A stretch of DNA of 45,982 nt from an uncultured Methanosarcinales archaeon (GTDB lineage: Archaea > Nanobdellota > Nanobdellia > Woesearchaeales > CAYPCY01). The notes beneath the pieces are model-generated. The model searched no databases. It saw only the letters and a list, made by a program, of their open reading frames with translations, and was not told where the DNA came from. Made by a program: the position numbers and the translations under genes. The stretch lies in the NCBI GenBank assembly GCA_964409385.1, contig CAYPCY010000004.1:1-45982 (forward strand). Direction: 5' to 3'. Below, in pieces: positions 19,378 through 28,445 of this stretch; position 1 is the first letter of the stretch, and every line of letters begins with the position of its first letter.

Positions 19378-19767
19378 TCATAAACTAATCAATTCTTCGA
19401 ATGTTTTGCTTTTAGAACCAGAAAGTTCTTTTCTAATTAAGAAATTCATTCCCACATCTTCCAAATCTTTAGTAGAAACAAAAAACCACTCTGTCCTATC
19501 AAATTTTATACCAACCCAGGGTTCTGATCCAAAAATTTCACAAAAGTTTTCCAATTCAAAAATCTCGGATTTAGGAAAATATTTTTTATTAGAGTTTATC
19601 GCCTTGCATTCTAAAGAAATAATTCGTTCATTCTTGCCTGCAATAATGTCAGGACTAGGATATTTAGAACTACCACTACCAGCAACTCTAATTGCAGCCC
19701 AATTATTATCCCAAAATTTATGTATTAATTGCCTTTCAGCATTAATCCCTTTAGATTTTCTACTCAT
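19378..19767 (-). CDS. hjc: Holliday junction resolvase Hjc
   Basis: KGINAERQL, RVAGSGS, PDIIAG, ECK. Confidence 0.95.
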   Translation of the reverse strand: MSRKSKGINAERQLIHKFWDNNWAAIRVAGSGSSKYPSPDIIAGKNERIISLECKAINSNKKYFPKSEIFELENFCEIFGSEPWVGIKFDRTEWFFVSTKDLEDVGMNFLIRKELSGSKSKTFEELISL

Positions 19768-19804
19768 ACGAATAAAACAAGAATAAACAGTTTATATATT
19801 CTTC

Positions 19805-20704
19805 TTAAAGTTTTAAACTTAAAAAATCTTCAGCTATAATAGTATTTTCAAAAAAGGTTTTAGCTTCCTTTTCAAGCTCGGAAACACTCTTATATCTTTG
19901 AGAAAAATGAGTGAGACAAAGTTTGTTTGATTCACTTTGCGAGGCAATAAATGCTGAATCTTTGCTTGTCAAGTGCATATTTTTTCTTGCTTTTTCTTCT
20001 AGTTCAGAATGATAAGTTGATTCAGTAATCAACAAAGAAGAACATTTTGCTAATTTTACACAATTATTATTAAGGGAGGTATCAAGAATTACTGTTATTT
20101 TTTTCCCTTTTCTTAAAGATGCTACTTCTTCAAGATTGACAAAATTGTTTTTAATTTTGATTTTTCCATTTTTCAATATTTTACCTATCATAGGCCCTTC
20201 TTTCAAACCTTTTTTTGTTGCTTTTTTAATACTTATATTCCACTTGTCTTTTTCTATAAAACTATATGCAACACAAGGAACTTGATGAGTCATATTAGCA
20301 GAAAAAATTTCAAATTCAGCACTATCAAGAATTTTTGTTGGTTTTTTAGCATCAATTTCCTTAATTTGAATATTTAAACCATTATCAAAAAAACTACTCT
20401 TGAATAACTGATTTATTTTTTCTTCACTACCTTTCGGACCAAAAATTTTTATTGAGGGTGTCGGTTCAACATTACTCAAAGTCATTAATAAGGGTAATAA
20501 ACCACCTACATGATCTCCATGCCAATGAGAAATAAAAATGTGACTTATGTCAGTTCTTTTAATTCCTGCAAGATTCATTTGCCTTTGAGTTCCTTCTCCA
20601 CAATCAAAAAGTAATCCTTTATTTTTATATTTAAGAAAAATACCCTGAACATTCCTTTCCTTTGTTGGAACCATACATCCTGTTCCTAAAAAAGTTAATT
20701 TCAT
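19805..20704 (-). CDS. rnz: Ribonuclease Z
   Basis: FLGTG, FDCGEGTQRQ, SHWHGDH, GP-rich exosite, LTHFSQRY. Confidence 0.95.
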   Translation of the reverse strand: MKLTFLGTGCMVPTKERNVQGIFLKYKNKGLLFDCGEGTQRQMNLAGIKRTDISHIFISHWHGDHVGGLLPLLMTLSNVEPTPSIKIFGPKGSEEKINQLFKSSFFDNGLNIQIKEIDAKKPTKILDSAEFEIFSANMTHQVPCVAYSFIEKDKWNISIKKATKKGLKEGPMIGKILKNGKIKIKNNFVNLEEVASLRKGKKITVILDTSLNNNCVKLAKCSSLLITESTYHSELEEKARKNMHLTSKDSAFIASQSESNKLCLTHFSQRYKSVSELEKEAKTFFENTIIAEDFLSLKL

Positions 20705-20775
20705 GAAGTTTTAGAAATAATAAGGTAATATAAATGTTTAGTAAACTTTATTAAAACCCTCTCTTAATCAAGATT

Positions 20776-21312
20776 ATGCCAAAAAAAGAATGTTTTGTAA
20801 ATGCTACTTTTGTAAAAGATGCATTAATTATTGAAAATAGTGATGCTGCAAGAGAATTAAACAACCAAAGCTGTTTTGGAAATTTAGATGGAAAAACATT
20901 AAGTATTTCATTAATGGAAGGTCTTTATTTGCTCGAAAAAGAAAAGCTTGAAGTTTATGATGGAAGAAAAAAACTAATAGAACAAGACAAATATTTCAAA
21001 AAAGCTGCAAAATTAGAACCTAATTTTAAAACAAGATATAAAGTTTTTAAAGATTTAAGAGAAAGAGGTTATGTAGTAAAGACCGCATTAAAATTTGGTG
21101 CGGATTTCAGAGTTTATGATAGGGGTGTTAAACCAGGAGAAGATCATGCAAAATGGGTTGTTTTTCCAGTTACAGAGGGAGAAACATTAACTTGGCATGA
21201 TTTTTCTGCAAAAAACAGAGTTGCACATTCTACAAAGAAAAAACTTCTTATGGGAATAGTAGATGATGAGAATGATGTAACTTATTATGAAGTAGGCTGG
21301 GTTAGGCCATAA
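20776..21312 (+). CDS. endA: tRNA-splicing endonuclease (single-unit, alpha4-type size)
   Basis: EGLYL, DLRERGYVVKTALKFGADFRVY, HA, RVAHSTKK (Tyr/His/Lys triad). Confidence 0.95.
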   Translation: MPKKECFVNATFVKDALIIENSDAARELNNQSCFGNLDGKTLSISLMEGLYLLEKEKLEVYDGRKKLIEQDKYFKKAAKLEPNFKTRYKVFKDLRERGYVVKTALKFGADFRVYDRGVKPGEDHAKWVVFPVTEGETLTWHDFSAKNRVAHSTKKKLLMGIVDDENDVTYYEVGWVRP

Positions 21313-21344
21313 ACTTTTTTAACTTATTCATTCTTTAAAATAAT

Positions 21345-22154
21345 ATGCAAAAAGAACAGGTTCTAGAATTTGTAAGACATAATGGTCCAATAATACCCAT
21401 TGATATTAAAAAAAAACTAGGATCAGACACGACATTAATAGGTGCTATGCTTTCAGAATTAGTAACTAATAAGTTGGTCGAAATTACGAGTGTTAAAAAA
21501 GGAGGAAGTCCTTTCTATTATGTTAAAGGACAAGAAGAAAAATTAGAAGATCTTCATGAATTCTTGAATGATAAAGATAAAAAAACATGTTTTTTGTTAA
21601 AAAAAGAAAAAATTTTATTTGATGATAATCAATCCCCCTTAGAAAGAGTTTCTCTAAGACAAATTAATGATTTTGCTAAAAATTTAGAAATAAATTTTTA
21701 TGGAGATAAAAGAACATTATGGAAATATTATTTAGTTTCAAATTCTGAAGTAGAAAGTTTATTAAAAGAAAGATTTGGAAAGAAAAAGACTGTTCAAAAA
21801 AAGAAAACTCTTCCATTAAAAAAATCAAAAACTAAAGAAGAAACAATTATTTTTCTTGAAAAAATAAGATCTTATTTGCAAAGTAAGAATATAGAAATAA
21901 CTAATGAAGAAATCATAAGATCAAGTTCAGAAATAGATTTTAAAGTTAAAATCCCAACAACAATAGGTAGCATGGAATATTACTGCAAGGCAAAAAGAAA
22001 AAAAAATTGCAATGATGGAGATTTAAGTACTGCATATGTTAAAGGAATATCAATGAATCTTCCTGTTTTATTTATAACAACCGGAAGAGTAACAAAAAAA
22101 GCAAAAGAAATGATAAAAAAAGAATTTAAAGGATTAATATTGAAGGAAATATAA
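21345..22154 (+). CDS. Conserved hypothetical protein, N-terminal wHTH and C-terminal PD-(D/E)xK-like domain
   Basis: GPIIPIDIKKKLG...GAMLSEL...GGSPFYY; C-terminal EIDF...YCKAK; located between endA and fen. Confidence 0.7.
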   Translation: MQKEQVLEFVRHNGPIIPIDIKKKLGSDTTLIGAMLSELVTNKLVEITSVKKGGSPFYYVKGQEEKLEDLHEFLNDKDKKTCFLLKKEKILFDDNQSPLERVSLRQINDFAKNLEINFYGDKRTLWKYYLVSNSEVESLLKERFGKKKTVQKKKTLPLKKSKTKEETIIFLEKIRSYLQSKNIEITNEEIIRSSSEIDFKVKIPTTIGSMEYYCKAKRKKNCNDGDLSTAYVKGISMNLPVLFITTGRVTKKAKEMIKKEFKGLILKEI

Positions 22155-22155
22155 T

Positions 22156-23163
22156 ATGGGAACAAAATTAACAGTTCTAGTAGAACCAAAAATTGTAAGT
22201 TATAATGATTTAAGAGGGAAAACATTCGCAGTTGATGCTCATAATGTTTTATACCAATTTTTGACGACAATAAGAAGTTATGATGGGAGTTATTTAACAG
22301 ATAAAAAAGGAAATATAACTAGTCACTTAATTGGTTTATTTAATAGATCTGTTGCGTTAATGGAACTAGGTTTGAAGTTATGTTTTGTTTTTGATGGGAA
22401 AGTTCCGGAATTAAAAAAAGAAGAAACCCTCAGGAGAAAAGAATTGAAAAATGTTGCTTTGAAAAAGTATGAATTAGCAGCTGCTGAAAAAAACATAGAG
22501 GAAATGAAAAAACAAGCGACAAGAACCACAAAATTAACTAAGGAAATGATTGGAGATGCTAAAGAATTAATAATTGCGTTAGGAATGCCAATAGTTGAAG
22601 CACCATCTGAGGGAGAAGCACAAGCTGCAAAAATGGTAAAAGAAAAAGAGGTTTATGCAGCAATTAGTCAAGATTATGATACTTTATTGTTTGGTTGTCC
22701 TAGAATGATAAAAAATTTAACAATAAGTAAAAAGAGAAAAATCCATGGAACTTATGCGATGAAAGAAGTTTTCCCTGAAATAATAGAATTAGGACAACTT
22801 TTGAATTCAACAGGATTAGACCAGGATAAGCTAATAGCATTAGGTATAATGACTGGAACAGATTATTGTAGGGAAGGTATAAAAGGAATAGGTCCTAAAA
22901 AAGCATTAAACTTACTAAAAAAAAATTCTGTAGAAGAAGCATTCTTAAAGGCTGGTTGGAATCAAAAAATAAAATGGGAAGATGTTTTTAAGTTAATAAA
23001 AGAAATGCCAACAAAATCTGTAAAAAATATAGGCTGGAAAAGTGTTAATGTTGAAAAAGTAAAAAAAATTCTTGTTGAGAGACACGATTTTGATGTAGAA
23101 AGAGTAGAAAAAACTCTTGAAAAGTTAAATGTTAATCAAAAAGGATTATCTGATTTCTTATAA
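22156..23163 (+). CDS. fen: Flap endonuclease 1
   Basis: AVDAHNVLYQFL, VFDG, APSEGEAQ, SQDYD, GTDY, GIGPKKA, C-terminal PIP box QKGLSDF. Confidence 0.97.
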   Translation: MGTKLTVLVEPKIVSYNDLRGKTFAVDAHNVLYQFLTTIRSYDGSYLTDKKGNITSHLIGLFNRSVALMELGLKLCFVFDGKVPELKKEETLRRKELKNVALKKYELAAAEKNIEEMKKQATRTTKLTKEMIGDAKELIIALGMPIVEAPSEGEAQAAKMVKEKEVYAAISQDYDTLLFGCPRMIKNLTISKKRKIHGTYAMKEVFPEIIELGQLLNSTGLDQDKLIALGIMTGTDYCREGIKGIGPKKALNLLKKNSVEEAFLKAGWNQKIKWEDVFKLIKEMPTKSVKNIGWKSVNVEKVKKILVERHDFDVERVEKTLEKLNVNQKGLSDFL

Positions 23164-23168
23164 AAATA

Positions 23169-23242
23169 GCCAGCACTCCTTAGTTACTTCCGCTAATCAC
23201 AGGCAGTGCCTCATTGGGTGTTCACCTAGTCATGGTGCTGGC
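23169..23242 (-). ncRNA. Box C/D-type 2'-O-methylation guide sRNA with non-canonical boxes
   Basis: 8-bp terminal stem GCCAGCAC/GUGCUGGC; K-turn from C=AUGACUA with D=AGGA; internal K-turn from D'=AUGA with C'=GUGAUUA; two ~12-nt guides; GC-rich island followed by a U-tract. Confidence 0.75.
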
Positions 23243-23273
23243 GAGAAAAAGAAATAAAGCAGAGATTAAAAAT

Positions 23274-23939
23274 TTAATCCCTATCAAGTCTACTCATAGT
23301 GTGTTCAAAAAAATGTGAAGAATCTCTAGGATCATCTCTGTAAGAGTCTTGCATTAAAATTTCCATAGGAAATTTATATGTTTCTTGTTCCATATCAAAT
23401 GGTGTTTGTTGTAGTTCTTCGTGTTCAAAAGATTTTTTAAAATAAATTATTTGTTCCTGGAGGTTCAATCTCTTATTTTCCTTGTAGAAATCAAAAAAAT
23501 CATTCACTAACGAAAAGGATTTTAGAAGTTTACTAATTTCAAATGCATGCATTAAATACAAATTATTGGAATGTGCTGTTTTTGAAAGATAGATTACTGT
23601 TTGTTTCCAATTTAATAAATTGTCTGAAGATTTTAAAACTTTGTAAGTTTCTAAATGGTCTTCAAGACTTAAAATTAGATCATTATTTTCTGTTGCTAAT
23701 TTGTTAGCAATACTATATGATTCAAAGAAAGTTTCTACTTCTTGAAAGTTAGGAAATTTGTCTGAAAAATAAGAAATTTCTTCTCTAGAAACTTCAGGAA
23801 ATTTTCGTCCTAATTCTCTAACTTGTTTTCCGAAATATGCTTCATTTGCAGAAGGAATAATTTCAAAATCAATAACTTCATCAACTGTTTTATTTTTCCA
23901 GTTTTTTTTACCTTCCTTTCTTCTTTTTCTTTCATTCAT
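23274..23939 (-). CDS. Hypothetical protein
   Basis: 221-aa ORF with SD AGGTAG upstream; no recognisable motif. Confidence 0.6.
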   Translation of the reverse strand: MNERKRRKEGKKNWKNKTVDEVIDFEIIPSANEAYFGKQVRELGRKFPEVSREEISYFSDKFPNFQEVETFFESYSIANKLATENNDLILSLEDHLETYKVLKSSDNLLNWKQTVIYLSKTAHSNNLYLMHAFEISKLLKSFSLVNDFFDFYKENKRLNLQEQIIYFKKSFEHEELQQTPFDMEQETYKFPMEILMQDSYRDDPRDSSHFFEHTMSRLDRD

Positions 23940-23976
23940 TTTACTACCTTTTTTAATTAGTTAAGTTAATATATAT

Positions 23977-24969
23977 TTAAAGTTTTTTGAAATCATAACA
24001 AACCCTGAATTTTCTTGGCGCATTCTGTCCTGCTTTGATAGTTTGAATTAATTTAAGCTTTTTTCTTTCTAGTTTTTTCCCTGTTTTTTCAATTTCATCT
24101 TCTTCAACAAAATAATATAAATGAATAATTCCTTTTCTTTTCAAAACAGTTAAAGCAATATTTAAAAAAACAAGAGATTTACTTGGTAATGGCATAATTA
24201 TTCTATCAAATTTTTCTTTTAATTTAGGAACTTCTTTTGAAACATCGCCTCTTATTAACTCTACATTTTTTATTTTGTTAATTTTTAAATTTTCTAAACC
24301 ATATTTGTGTCCATGAGGATTTAGTTCTATACCAACAATTTTTTTGGCTTTACTATTTTTACTTAAAACACAAGGATAAGGACCACAACCAGAAAACATA
24401 ACAAGAATTTTTTCTCCTGGTTTCACAAGTTTTGAAATTCTTTTTCTTTCAGAACCTATTCTTGGAGAAAAATAAACTTTTTCAATATTAAATTTAAGTA
24501 AAACATTATTTTCTTTATATTTTGTTTCTTTTGTCTTTTTACCAGCTAAAAATTTATATTGTTGAAGCCTAAAAGTTCCACCATGACCACTTGATTTTTT
24601 AAGAACAGTCTTAACAACTTTATCTGTTTTTAATAATGCTTTGGCAATTTCATTTTCTTTTTTTTCTAGTTCTTTTGGAATTTCTAAAATAGCTATTTTT
24701 CCAATAACATCTCTTCCTGTCTTAAGAATATTTAATTCTTTTTTAGAAAGAATTTGTTTTAAAACATCCTCAAATCTTTCCTTTTTTATTTTTTTCTTAA
24801 ATTCTCTTTTAACAAAATTTCCTTTAAAGTTATTGCTTTTTTTTTTAATAGGAAATATAATTTTATATTTTGATTTAATAATCTTATATTCTTTTAAAAT
24901 TAAGCAATCCTCAAGAAGTTTTTTTCTTGTGGTTTCTGCCTCTTTGATTGAAACTTCTAATCCTAACAT
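23977..24969 (-). CDS. trm5: tRNA (guanine37-N1)-methyltransferase Trm5 family
   Basis: DVIGKIAIL, KVYFSPR, VMFSGCGPY, IELNP, FDRIIMPLP. Confidence 0.9.
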   Translation of the reverse strand: MLGLEVSIKEAETTRKKLLEDCLILKEYKIIKSKYKIIFPIKKKSNNFKGNFVKREFKKKIKKERFEDVLKQILSKKELNILKTGRDVIGKIAILEIPKELEKKENEIAKALLKTDKVVKTVLKKSSGHGGTFRLQQYKFLAGKKTKETKYKENNVLLKFNIEKVYFSPRIGSERKRISKLVKPGEKILVMFSGCGPYPCVLSKNSKAKKIVGIELNPHGHKYGLENLKINKIKNVELIRGDVSKEVPKLKEKFDRIIMPLPSKSLVFLNIALTVLKRKGIIHLYYFVEEDEIEKTGKKLERKKLKLIQTIKAGQNAPRKFRVCYDFKKL

Positions 24970-25046
24970 TATCTAATGAAATTAGAAAAGATATATAATA
25001 TTAACCAAACATACTTAAGAATTTAGAATTCTTTGTCGTTCGGTTT

Positions 25047-26180
25047 TCAACCAAACATTTGTAAATAATCAGTTTCATCATCTACTGATTTAACTTTATT
25101 TATTGCTTCTATAAAATCAAATTCTTTAACTTTACTTCTATCTTTTCTAATGGCGAAATAACCCGCTTCTGTACATACTGCTCTAATCTCAGCACCAGAA
25201 AAACCATCCATTTGCGAAGATAAGCTTTCAAAATCAATATTTGTTGTAAGGCTCATATTAGTAGTGTGGATGTTGAATATTTCTTTAATGCCTTCTTTAT
25301 CAGGTGTTGGAACTTTAATTAATCTGTCAAGTCGCCCAGGCCTTAAAATTGCAGGATCCAAAATGTCTATTCTGTTTGTGCAACCTATTATTTTAACATT
25401 ACTTAATGGTTTAAAACCGTCAAGTTCTGCAAGTAATTGCATGAATGTTCTTTGAACTTCTCTTTCTCCAGAAGTTCCAATATCTAATCTTTTAGCAGCT
25501 AGTGCATCAATTTCGTCTATGAAAACTATTGAAGGGCTTTTTTCCCTTGCTAATTGAAAAATTTCTTTAATTAATTTAGCACCTTCACCAATATATTTTT
25601 GAACTAATTCAGAACCTACGACCTCAATAAAAGTACTATTCGTGCTTTTAGCTACTGCTTTAGCTAGTAAAGTTTTGCCAGTTCCTGGAGGTCCGTGCAA
25701 TAATAATCCTTTAGGTGGAGAAATTCCTATTTTTTTAAATAATTCTGGCTTCATTAATGGAAGTTCTATTACTTCTTTAAGCTCTTGAATTTGTTGATCT
25801 AACGCACCTACTTTATTCCATTTAATATCAGGTTTTTCAATAATTACAAATTTATTAACATCAAAAATTTTATTAGAGTCTATTTTTCTAACAATATTTA
25901 GATTTTTTTGATCTGCAAGAACAGTATCGCCAGGAATTATTTTTACATCCTTAGAAAAACTAACAAAAAATTTATTTCCATTTGGAACTTTCACTATTGC
26001 ACCATCATCAATTAAGTCACATACTTCACAAACCATTAAAGGTGGAAGTCTTAACCTATCTAAATCTGTTTTTAATTTATTAACAGTATCTTTAAGAAGT
26101 TTATTTTCATCTTCTAAATCTGTATGGTAAGAGGAGTAACTATAAGTAGATTCTTTCTCGAAATTTTTAGAATCACCCAC
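25047..26180 (-). CDS. pan: Proteasome-activating nucleotidase
   Basis: Coiled coil + OB + AAA (GPPGTGKT, IDEID, SRH RPGRLDR), C-terminal HbYX-like MFG; likely start GTG 26180. Confidence 0.95.
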   Translation of the reverse strand: MGDSKNFEKESTYSYSSYHTDLEDENKLLKDTVNKLKTDLDRLRLPPLMVCEVCDLIDDGAIVKVPNGNKFFVSFSKDVKIIPGDTVLADQKNLNIVRKIDSNKIFDVNKFVIIEKPDIKWNKVGALDQQIQELKEVIELPLMKPELFKKIGISPPKGLLLHGPPGTGKTLLAKAVAKSTNSTFIEVVGSELVQKYIGEGAKLIKEIFQLAREKSPSIVFIDEIDALAAKRLDIGTSGEREVQRTFMQLLAELDGFKPLSNVKIIGCTNRIDILDPAILRPGRLDRLIKVPTPDKEGIKEIFNIHTTNMSLTTNIDFESLSSQMDGFSGAEIRAVCTEAGYFAIRKDRSKVKEFDFIEAINKVKSVDDETDYLQMFG

Positions 26181-26208
26181 TGTAGAAGACAGAAAGAGAA
26201 AGATATAT

Positions 26209-26511
26209 TTAAACCTTTTTAATAAGTAAAACTTGTAAATGAGGAATTTTTTTAATTTTTTTAATGTTTTCTTGTTCAGCAAGATCATTTTTTAATGCAA
26301 ATTGGATAGATTCTTCTCCCACAAACATAATATTGTCTGCTTTAGAAATTAATTTTAGTAATTTGTTTTCAGGAAGTTCTTCTCCTTTGTAAAAATCACC
26401 TGTTAAATCTAGTTGTAAATTGTTTTCTTCGAATTTTTCTCCTATAATGTTTGAATCACAAACAGAAATAATTAAAGAATTCAAACTTTTATGTTCTTTA
26501 ACAAGAATCAT
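26209..26511 (-). CDS. DUF424 family protein
   Basis: IISVCDSNIIG...FYKG...VGEESI...IPHLQV; this family is typically linked to aIF2-beta. Confidence 0.85.
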   Translation of the reverse strand: MILVKEHKSLNSLIISVCDSNIIGEKFEENNLQLDLTGDFYKGEELPENKLLKLISKADNIMFVGEESIQFALKNDLAEQENIKKIKKIPHLQVLLIKKV

Positions 26512-26915
26512 TTTAATAAAGGAATAGAATTTTTAGCTCCACAAGCCATACATTTCATGAATGAAAATTTTCCTGTTGTTGAAAGTTGTGTATCTGGTTT
26601 TTTACATTCTTTACAAAAAACAAAAGTTTCTGAATACTCTTCAATTTTCCTGTTGATGAATGCTGCAGGAACTTTTCTTCCTATAATAACTCTATTATTG
26701 GAAATTTCTCCAGGTGTTGCTAATTGTTTTAGAATGTATTTTAGTAAATGTTCTTGTTTTCTTCCCAAATGAGATGCTATTGTTGCAAAATTACTTAATA
26801 CGGTCTTATTACCTTCAATATGTCCCTTTATTTTTGGAATTTCAAAACGTTGAGAACTAGACTTTTCTTCTGGCAATTCTTTCTTAGCTCTTTTTAGCAT
26901 GTCCTCATATTTCAT
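26508..26915 (-). CDS. eif2b: Translation initiation factor 2 subunit beta
   Basis: RFEIP, GNKTVLSNF, CKECKKPDT...CMACGA Zn finger. Confidence 0.95.
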   Translation of the reverse strand: MKYEDMLKRAKKELPEEKSSSQRFEIPKIKGHIEGNKTVLSNFATIASHLGRKQEHLLKYILKQLATPGEISNNRVIIGRKVPAAFINRKIEEYSETFVFCKECKKPDTQLSTTGKFSFMKCMACGAKNSIPLLK

Positions 26916-27003
26916 GTTTTTTGGAAAAAGAAGATTATTTATAAAATTTCTTTATTAACTTGTTAGCGAAAAGTTTTTATAATTTTGAAGCTATTTTTTT
27001 ACT

Positions 27004-27855
27004 ATGGTGCTTGAAGGATTTCTAAACCCGTTAAAAATTGAAAACAAACCAAGACAAATTATGTCTTATTCATTAATTTATACTGTTTTGGCTGTTTTGT
27101 TGGGTTTATGGATATTTAGTAGTGAAGCTTCAATGGTAATGGTGTTTCTATCAGTTATGGCATTATTACCTTTTGTTTATTCCTTATTAAGAAGTGAAGA
27201 GGAGAAAGGATTGATTTCAAAAAACGAGAAATCTTTATTAAAAAAACATGCTAAAGTTTTGAATATTTTTATGTTGTTGTTTTTTGGAATGACTCTTGCA
27301 TATTCATTATCTTATGTTTTTATTCCATCTAATGAATTAGTTACGACTTTTGATGCTCAAATATCTGCAATAAGGCATAATAGTGCAATTGTGTCTGGAA
27401 ATGTTTTGGAACAAGGAGCTTTTTTTAAAAAAGTTTTATTTAATAATTTAAGAGTTATGGTTTTAGCATTATTATTTTCGTTTATTTATGGTTCTGGAGC
27501 AATATTTATTTTGGGATGGAATGCTTCAGTAATAGGTGTTGCAATAGGAATGTCTATAAGAAATGCGATGGCTGAAGTTTCTTCAATGGTAGGACTAAAT
27601 TTAATAGCGGGTTATTTTAATGCTACTGTTTATGGATTGACTAGATATTTAATACACGGAATTCCAGAAATTTTAGCTTATTTTGCTGCAGGATTAGCAG
27701 GAGGAATTATTTCAGTTGCGATAGTAAAACATGATTTTTTTTCAAAAGGATTTAATAAAATTTTAACAGATAGTTATAGTTTAATAATGGTTTCTGTTCT
27801 ATTAATCTTTCTTGCAGCAATGTTAGAAGTGTGGATTACTCCTTTAATTTTTTAA
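27004..27855 (+). CDS. SpoIIM/DUF95-family integral membrane protein
   Basis: LFNNLRV, WNASVIG, HGIPEILAY, AAMLEVWITP. Confidence 0.85.
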   Translation: MVLEGFLNPLKIENKPRQIMSYSLIYTVLAVLLGLWIFSSEASMVMVFLSVMALLPFVYSLLRSEEEKGLISKNEKSLLKKHAKVLNIFMLLFFGMTLAYSLSYVFIPSNELVTTFDAQISAIRHNSAIVSGNVLEQGAFFKKVLFNNLRVMVLALLFSFIYGSGAIFILGWNASVIGVAIGMSIRNAMAEVSSMVGLNLIAGYFNATVYGLTRYLIHGIPEILAYFAAGLAGGIISVAIVKHDFFSKGFNKILTDSYSLIMVSVLLIFLAAMLEVWITPLIF

Positions 27856-28443
27856 TTATTCTAGGATTTTAATTTTTCCTTGTTTAATCTCAAACAATTC
27901 TCCTTCCAACAATAAATTATTTATTTTTGATTCGCAATTTTCTATTTTTGAAGTTTTCACAATTTCATTAATGTCAACCCCTTCTCCAGAATCTAAAATT
28001 CTTATAGTGTTAAGAATTGTTTCGTAAATATTTGAATTCTCTTTAGGTTTTATTTTTTCTAACTCTTCTTTTTTTGGTGTTTTAATATTTATTAGTTCGA
28101 ATTTTCTTATTTTTAACCAATCGTTAGTGTTTAAAACATTTAAAATTTCTGCGACAACATATTTTTCTGTATTTGATTCTCTTAAACTACCAATTATTAA
28201 AACAGGTTTACTAATAGCAAGATTTTTTGGTTGGTTGAATGTTTTTACTATTATGCTTCCGGTTCCGTCATCTACAACTAATTGATTTTTATCAATGCTA
28301 ACAATTAAAGCTATAAGATTAATTTTTAACACTTGAATGTTGTTAAAATTAAAATAGCTTAGTTCCCAACCTGGTTTTCTAATTAAAGAAGCGTTTAGTA
28401 AATCTTTTATCCTTACTTTTGTGGCTGTTGGACGTTCAAGCAT
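27856..28443 (-). CDS. OB-fold ssDNA-binding protein, RPA32-like with C-terminal wH
   Basis: R.TATKVRI, VDDGTGSI, C-terminal LLLEGELFEIKQG. Confidence 0.8.
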   Translation of the reverse strand: MLERPTATKVRIKDLLNASLIRKPGWELSYFNFNNIQVLKINLIALIVSIDKNQLVVDDGTGSIIVKTFNQPKNLAISKPVLIIGSLRESNTEKYVVAEILNVLNTNDWLKIRKFELINIKTPKKEELEKIKPKENSNIYETILNTIRILDSGEGVDINEIVKTSKIENCESKINNLLLEGELFEIKQGKIKILE

Positions 28444-28445
28444 TT

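Noticed and set aside
23169..23242. SRP RNA, tRNA or riboswitch reading of the GC-rich intergenic element
   Set aside because: No cloverleaf or TpsiC arm; GGAA is not within an SRP helix-8 motif; too short; the double K-turn C/D layout fits better
26181..26288. N-terminal extension of PAN in the ORF track
   Set aside because: Overlaps the DUF424 gene and a TATA-like TTTAAATA; GTG at 26180 is more plausible
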